From: an uncultured Bacteroides sp.
GTDB taxonomy: Bacteria; Bacteroidota; Bacteroidia; Bacteroidales; Muribaculaceae
DNA length: 63,497 bases
Direction of reading: 5' to 3'
NCBI GenBank assembly: GCA_964572615.1
Contig: CAZNGJ010000002.1
Span: 1-63,497, forward strand
How positions within the stretch are numbered: the stretch's first letter is position 1; each line of letters opens with the position of its first letter. Below the pieces are notes generated by a model. It made no database searches. It saw only the letters and a list, made by a program, of their open reading frames with translations, and was not told the origin of the DNA. Shown in pieces: positions 58,968-63,497 of the stretch. The translations under genes and the position numbers were made by a program.

Positions 58968-60854
58968 TTACCCATTTTTCTTCGCTATCTTCTTTTCGCA
59001 GGGTAGCGCGATAACGTTCATTCGACAATTAGCGCAATCAAAGTCGAGTCGCATCGGGCGGGTAGTACCGTCGATAGGAACAAGCGTCAACGGTTCCTTG
59101 AAGGTTTTGCCTGCCGGTGTCTTCAGACATGCGCCAAGTTCGCGGCGAAGACAGTAACGGCTCGTCATAATCCTTATTTCATCACTGCGCTTATCGTCCG
59201 ATGCTACTTCAAGTGCCGGTTCGGCGACTGTCGCGCCATGTTTGGCATAAAATGCAGCCGAAAGACGGTTGGCCACATTGTCGTGCATATCGAGTTTTTT
59301 CCTGTAGAAAACAACGGCATCTCCAACACCTTTACGGCGCAACGTTAACGGGTAGGTCGCTTTTGCATTGTTATCCAACGCTGCTATGGCACGACGTCGC
59401 AAATCAGTGAGTGCAGACGCGGGAATAAATACCGAACTGCCTACGTTATCTTCCACTTTGGTAACAACATAGATAGTGTCGCCGGTCTTTTCGAAAACGC
59501 GGCGCCGAGCGTCGAGCTGCGGAGTCCGCGCCGTATCAAAGGGTCCGTCAAGCATGACAGTGACCCCGCAATTGCGCTCGACATCCCGAAGAGTTAGAGA
59601 TACTCCTCGCTGAGTGGCGTTGAGGGATGCTTGTATAGGAACAACTCGCCTGGAACGAGAAGATTCTAAGCGATCAGCAAAAGCCTTGTCGAAATTGCGA
59701 TAGATAACAGTACCTTTCGAGGGTATTGCTTCAATATCATTGAGCAGATAGACCGTTTTGCCTTCAACTCGATTCGCTCGAAAGCCAATAAATTTTCCTT
59801 GTTTGTCAAAGAATCCGAGACCGTCACCATTGTTAAGAACAGATGCTTCGGACAACACTATCGAACGTTTGCCCGCTGAGACAACCCGACCGACCGCTTC
59901 GCCGACATGCTTTGGAGTCAACATGGAAGCCAACTGACCTTTCGCCGGTTGAATGTCCTTGAGGAAATATGGTGTAAAACCGCGGTTGAACGATTTGGAA
60001 ACATCCGGCCTGAAATCGGTAATGACCACTCCCGCCGATGCTCGTTTATATCGGTCGGGATTGGCCTCGACCAGACGATTCAATGCCTCGGAATACGCAG
60101 CCGTGACATTGCGCACGTATGCGGGCGATTTCAAACGACCTTCGATCTTGAAAGACGAAATGCCCGCCTCGGCCAATTCTCCAAGCTGCGACAATCGGTT
60201 CATGTCCTTTAATGAAAGCAGATGGCGGTCGGCGACAACAGTTTTTCCGTTACCGTCAACGAGGTCAAACGGCAAACGGCAAACCTGAGCACATTCACCC
60301 CGGTTCGCGCTACGGCCGCCATTGACAAGACTTGCACGACAATCTCCGCTGTAGCACACGCATAGCGCACCGTGGACAAAACCTTCGAGTGGGACAGTAG
60401 TTTGTTGGCGTACTTGACGAATCTCCTCGAGACTCATCTCGCGCGGTAGTACAATTTGAGAGAATCCGACATCCTGCAAAAACCTTGCTTTTTCGGGGGT
60501 TCGTGTATCGCACTGAGTACTGGCATGAAGTTCTATCGGAGGGATGTCCATTTCAAGCAATGCCATATCCTGTACTATCAGCGCGTCGACTCCGGCGCGA
60601 TACAAATCGTAAACAAGAGCACGCACCGAATCGATTTCTTCGTCATAAACAAGTGTATTCAGTGTAACATATACGCGGACACGGAGCCTGTGTGCGTACT
60701 CACAAAGCTTGGCAATATCATCGACAGAGTTGCCTGCCGCCGCACGTGCGCCGTGATGAGACGCTCCGATATAGACCGCATCCGCGCCTGCATCAATAGC
60801 TACAATTCCGGTTAGAAGATCTTTTGCCGGAGCAAGCAATTCAAGGTTTGTCAT
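58968..60854 (-). CDS. Peptidase U32 family protein (RlhA-like Fe-S RNA hydroxylase)
   Basis: ELLAPA, GADAVY, HASTQ, GALCVCYSGDC, NRGECAQVCR, FKIEGR and a long C-terminal region. Confidence 0.9.
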   Translation of the reverse strand: MTNLELLAPAKDLLTGIVAIDAGADAVYIGASHHGARAAAGNSVDDIAKLCEYAHRLRVRVYVTLNTLVYDEEIDSVRALVYDLYRAGVDALIVQDMALLEMDIPPIELHASTQCDTRTPEKARFLQDVGFSQIVLPREMSLEEIRQVRQQTTVPLEGFVHGALCVCYSGDCRASLVNGGRSANRGECAQVCRLPFDLVDGNGKTVVADRHLLSLKDMNRLSQLGELAEAGISSFKIEGRLKSPAYVRNVTAAYSEALNRLVEANPDRYKRASAGVVITDFRPDVSKSFNRGFTPYFLKDIQPAKGQLASMLTPKHVGEAVGRVVSAGKRSIVLSEASVLNNGDGLGFFDKQGKFIGFRANRVEGKTVYLLNDIEAIPSKGTVIYRNFDKAFADRLESSRSRRVVPIQASLNATQRGVSLTLRDVERNCGVTVMLDGPFDTARTPQLDARRRVFEKTGDTIYVVTKVEDNVGSSVFIPASALTDLRRRAIAALDNNAKATYPLTLRRKGVGDAVVFYRKKLDMHDNVANRLSAAFYAKHGATVAEPALEVASDDKRSDEIRIMTSRYCLRRELGACLKTPAGKTFKEPLTLVPIDGTTRPMRLDFDCANCRMNVIALPCEKKIAKKNG

Positions 60855-61438
60855 TTCTTCTTATTCGTTGCCGGTTTCTTGACCGAAAAACCGAACGTAC
60901 CCAATTGTTCACCAAGGGCATAATATTTGCCGTGACTGTAAGCCACCAACCCCGCGCTACGCAAATCGAATGCACCGGTCTCGGGGTTGATATACCGATC
61001 GTCGGCCACAACATTGACAACATCGGCTATCATCATGTCGTGGCTTCCGAGATGCATTACTTCCTTGACGCGACACTCAATGCTCAACGGGCTTTCGCTT
61101 ATCATACAACATGAATTAACGATACCCGGTAGGGGTGAGAGGCCTGTTTCCTTGAACTTGTCATAATCGCGACCGGAACGGACACCGCACCAGTCAGTAG
61201 CACGAACCATGGCTTCGGTTGTGAGATTGACGGTAAATTCACCGTCTCGCATTATGATATCGTAGCTGTAACGCTCAGGGCGAATTGAAACAGACAGCAT
61301 GGCAGGATTGGTGCAGATAGTGCCAATCCAAGCGACTGTCAGCATATTGGCATCACCACGCTCGGTACTTCCGCAACTCACGAGTGCTGCAGGAACGGGA
61401 TAAACCATCGTGCCCGGTTTCCAGCTTACCTTGGCCAT
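60851..61438 (-). CDS. Flavin reductase family protein
   Basis: Start MAKVSWKPG; YPVPAALV, CGVRSGRDYDKF, LGSHD. Confidence 0.9.
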   Translation of the reverse strand: MAKVSWKPGTMVYPVPAALVSCGSTERGDANMLTVAWIGTICTNPAMLSVSIRPERYSYDIIMRDGEFTVNLTTEAMVRATDWCGVRSGRDYDKFKETGLSPLPGIVNSCCMISESPLSIECRVKEVMHLGSHDMMIADVVNVVADDRYINPETGAFDLRSAGLVAYSHGKYYALGEQLGTFGFSVKKPATNKKK

Positions 61439-61914
61439 CAGAGGATGCGGGCTTTTGTGGCTTCGACTGTGTGGTTGCAATAGTGGCAACGTAGAGTGGT
61501 ATCGTGGTTCGCGTCGCCGGGGATAACGGCAAACTTGGTTCGCATGGGCTCGTTGTTGGTGATACACTTGGGGTTGTCGCAAGCCACAATGTTAACAACC
61601 GTTTCGGGGAGACTGACGGGCCGTTTGTCAACCACTTCATAATCGCGAATGATATTAACCACCGCAGTCGGCGCGATCAGGGCGATGCGGTCGATTACAT
61701 CTTTGGGAAACTCTATATCGGCAACCTTGATGATACCCTTTTTACCAAGTTTGCGGCTGTCAAGGTTATATCCTATAGTGATATTGTTGTCCAGTCCGGC
61801 CAGTCCGAGAACGCGCACTGCGTGGAACAGAGCTTTGCTGGGAATATGGTCAATAACAGTGCCGGCACGCAATGCGGCAACAGCAAGTTCTTTCTTTTCT
61901 TTGTTGAGTGTCAT
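61438..61914 (-). CDS. pyrI: Aspartate carbamoyltransferase regulatory chain
   Basis: GTVIDHIP; zinc ligands CDNPKC and CHYC. Confidence 0.97.
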   Translation of the reverse strand: MTLNKEKKELAVAALRAGTVIDHIPSKALFHAVRVLGLAGLDNNITIGYNLDSRKLGKKGIIKVADIEFPKDVIDRIALIAPTAVVNIIRDYEVVDKRPVSLPETVVNIVACDNPKCITNNEPMRTKFAVIPGDANHDTTLRCHYCNHTVEATKARIL

Positions 61915-61919
61915 AGCTC

Positions 61920-62852
61920 TTAGATTTTAATATCCTTACGGGGGTTGATACCAAGCGAACGGCAGATTATAGCCTGACGGGCGTAAAGGCCGTTGCGCGC
62001 TTGCTCAAAATAATATGCTTTGGGGTTATCGTCAACGTCGGGATTTATTTCGTTAACGCGGGGCAGGGGATGTAGAATGCGCAGGTTGTCACGAGCACCG
62101 TCAAGCATCGAATTATGCAGCGAGTACAAATCCTTGACACGCTCATATTCCATGATGTCAGTGAATCGTTCGCGCTGTACACGCGTCATATAAATAATAT
62201 CCGACGAATCGATTACCTCCTTGCTGAAATCCTTGTGCTCGGTGTACTTGATGCCATGCTCGTCGAGAAACTTCTTGTACTCGTCGGGCATCTTGAGTTC
62301 GTCGCACGCCACGAAACGGAAAGTAGGATTGAAGTACTTCATCGCCATCAGGAGTGAATGGACTGTTCGACCATACTTCAGATCACCAACCATTGTTATG
62401 GTCAGGTTTTCGAGAGTCCCCTGAGTCTTATAGATTGAATATAAATCGAGCATTGTCTGTGAGGGGTGCTGATTTGCACCATCACCTGCATTAACAATTG
62501 GTGTATCTGTTACTTCCGTGGCATAACGTGCGGCACCCTCCAGGAAGTGTCGCATGACAATGAGGTCAACATAATTCGACACCATCTTTATGGTATCCTT
62601 AAGCGACTCGCCTTTGGAAGTCGACGTCGATTTAGCATCCGAAAAGCCAATCACACGTCCGCCGAGACGATTGACTGCGGTTTCAAAACTAAGCCGCGTA
62701 CGTGTAGACGGTTCGAAGAACAACGTCGCCACTACACGGCCGTCTAATATCTTATGGTTAGGATGTTCCTCGAAAAAACGGGCATCCTCAAGCAGGGACA
62801 ATATCTCTTCACGCGAAATATCGTCGATCGACACAAGGCTTTTTGTCTCCAT
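61920..62852 (-). CDS. pyrB: Aspartate carbamoyltransferase catalytic chain
   Basis: [33 protein letters not shown]. Confidence 0.99.
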   Translation of the reverse strand: METKSLVSIDDISREEILSLLEDARFFEEHPNHKILDGRVVATLFFEPSTRTRLSFETAVNRLGGRVIGFSDAKSTSTSKGESLKDTIKMVSNYVDLIVMRHFLEGAARYATEVTDTPIVNAGDGANQHPSQTMLDLYSIYKTQGTLENLTITMVGDLKYGRTVHSLLMAMKYFNPTFRFVACDELKMPDEYKKFLDEHGIKYTEHKDFSKEVIDSSDIIYMTRVQRERFTDIMEYERVKDLYSLHNSMLDGARDNLRILHPLPRVNEINPDVDDNPKAYYFEQARNGLYARQAIICRSLGINPRKDIKI

Positions 62853-62880
62853 GATTGGCTGATGGTTTATAGTTTGACTA

Positions 62881-62888
62881 CAAAATTA
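62881..62888 (-). promoter_or_regulatory. -7 promoter element for pyrBI
   Basis: TAATTTTG consensus match. Confidence 0.65.
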
Positions 62889-62982
62889 GCTACAATTTGC
62901 GAAACCACGAAATCGAGCGACCAAAAAAATCCATCAGAAAAGATATTTCGGTCTATATATTCATTCTATATAAAAAAATGAT

Positions 62983-62990
62983 TAACTTTG
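62983..62990 (+). promoter_or_regulatory. -7 promoter element for the fumarate hydratase gene
   Basis: TAACTTTG consensus match. Confidence 0.65.
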
Positions 62991-63042
62991 TAGTCCTAAT
63001 CTTCACGACTCAACAATTAATAATTAAATCATACTACCCATC

Positions 63043-63497
63043 ATGGCTACCAAACCATTTAAGTACCAGAAAATGTTTCCCGTGGGACCTGACACCACAG
63101 AATATTATCACTTGACAGACCAGTATGTAAAGGTTGAAAACTGGGGCGGTCACGAGTTCCTCGTTGTTGACCCCGAAGCTCTCACCGTACTCGCCCGCCA
63201 GTGTACCCACGATAATGCATTTATGCTCCGTCGCGAACACAACCAGATGGTTGCAAATATCCTGAGCAATCCTGACGCCAGCGATAACGACAAGTTCGTG
63301 GCTCTCACTATGCTCCGTAACGCCGAAGTTGCTGCCAAAGGAGCACTGCCGTTCTGCCAGGATACCGGCACTGCTATCATCCACGGCGAAAAAGGCCAGT
63401 ATGTATTTACAGGCTGCGACGACGAAGAAAAACTGAGCCGCGGTGTTTATGACACATACACAACCGACAACCTTCGCTACAGCCAGAATGCTCCTCT
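63043..63497 (+). CDS. Class I (Fe-S) fumarate hydratase, 5' part; runs off the window end
   Basis: Missing from the ORF track. Manual translation gives [22 protein letters not shown]...[10 protein letters not shown]...NLRYSQNAP. Confidence 0.93.
   Translation, partial: MATKPFKYQKMFPVGPDTTEYYHLTDQYVKVENWGGHEFLVVDPEALTVLARQCTHDNAFMLRREHNQMVANILSNPDASDNDKFVALTMLRNAEVAAKGALPFCQDTGTAIIHGEKGQYVFTGCDDEEKLSRGVYDTYTTDNLRYSQNAP

Noticed and set aside
58968-60854. U32 protein as a collagenase or virulence protease
   Set aside because: The cysteine motifs fit Fe-S-dependent RNA hydroxylation enzymes of this family, and there is no signal peptide.
62853-63042. Pyrimidine attenuator or riboswitch upstream of pyrB
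   Set aside because: The predicted leader is only about 25 nt, with no leader peptide or terminator hairpin.
63034-63384. Minus-strand ORFs at the window end
   Set aside because: They are antisense to the clear fumarate hydratase frame starting at 63043.
1-63497. CRISPR arrays, tRNA/rRNA genes, prophage, IS elements, integrases or defence systems
   Set aside because: I saw no repeat-spacer array, RNA gene signature or mobile-element protein by eye, and intergenic gaps are short. Running tRNAscan-SE, Infernal and DefenseFinder would confirm this.

Overview
This window is a gene-dense chromosomal segment of about 50% GC from a Bacteroidales bacterium, probably Muribaculaceae-like. The evidence is the TAnnTTTG -7 promoters, an EF-G2, a short Bacteroidota-type SigA and a type IX secretion (T9SS) C-terminal domain. 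Most genes are housekeeping: fusA2 (partial), valS, manA, sdaA, nfo, hisS, thrC-like, rpoD-like, prs, pcrA, nspC, ptb-buk, dxs-trkA-trkH-miaA, tig, rimM, fabG, purA, pyrBI and a class I fumarase (partial). Accessory-like modules are DUF3737-MATE-PatB, an orphan wza-wzc pair, a MacAB-TolC-type exporter with a two-component system, and a T9SS-secreted peptidoglycan amidase paired with a PD40 protein. I saw no rRNA, tRNA, CRISPR array, integrase or transposase. The most notable observations are: (1) the exporter's NtrC-like regulator lacks the whole sigma54 AAA+ domain, while its upstream DNA keeps an enhancer-like palindrome and an IHF site ahead of a sigmaA-type promoter; (2) the wza-wzc core promoter is bracketed by 10-bp inverted repeats; (3) an MFS sugar permease carries a ~155-aa inserted domain; (4) a Cur-like box lies upstream of fusA2; (5) a divergent ThrC-like gene shares back-to-back promoters with DUF3737-MATE-PatB. 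All functional calls come from recognising motifs by eye; no database search was run.
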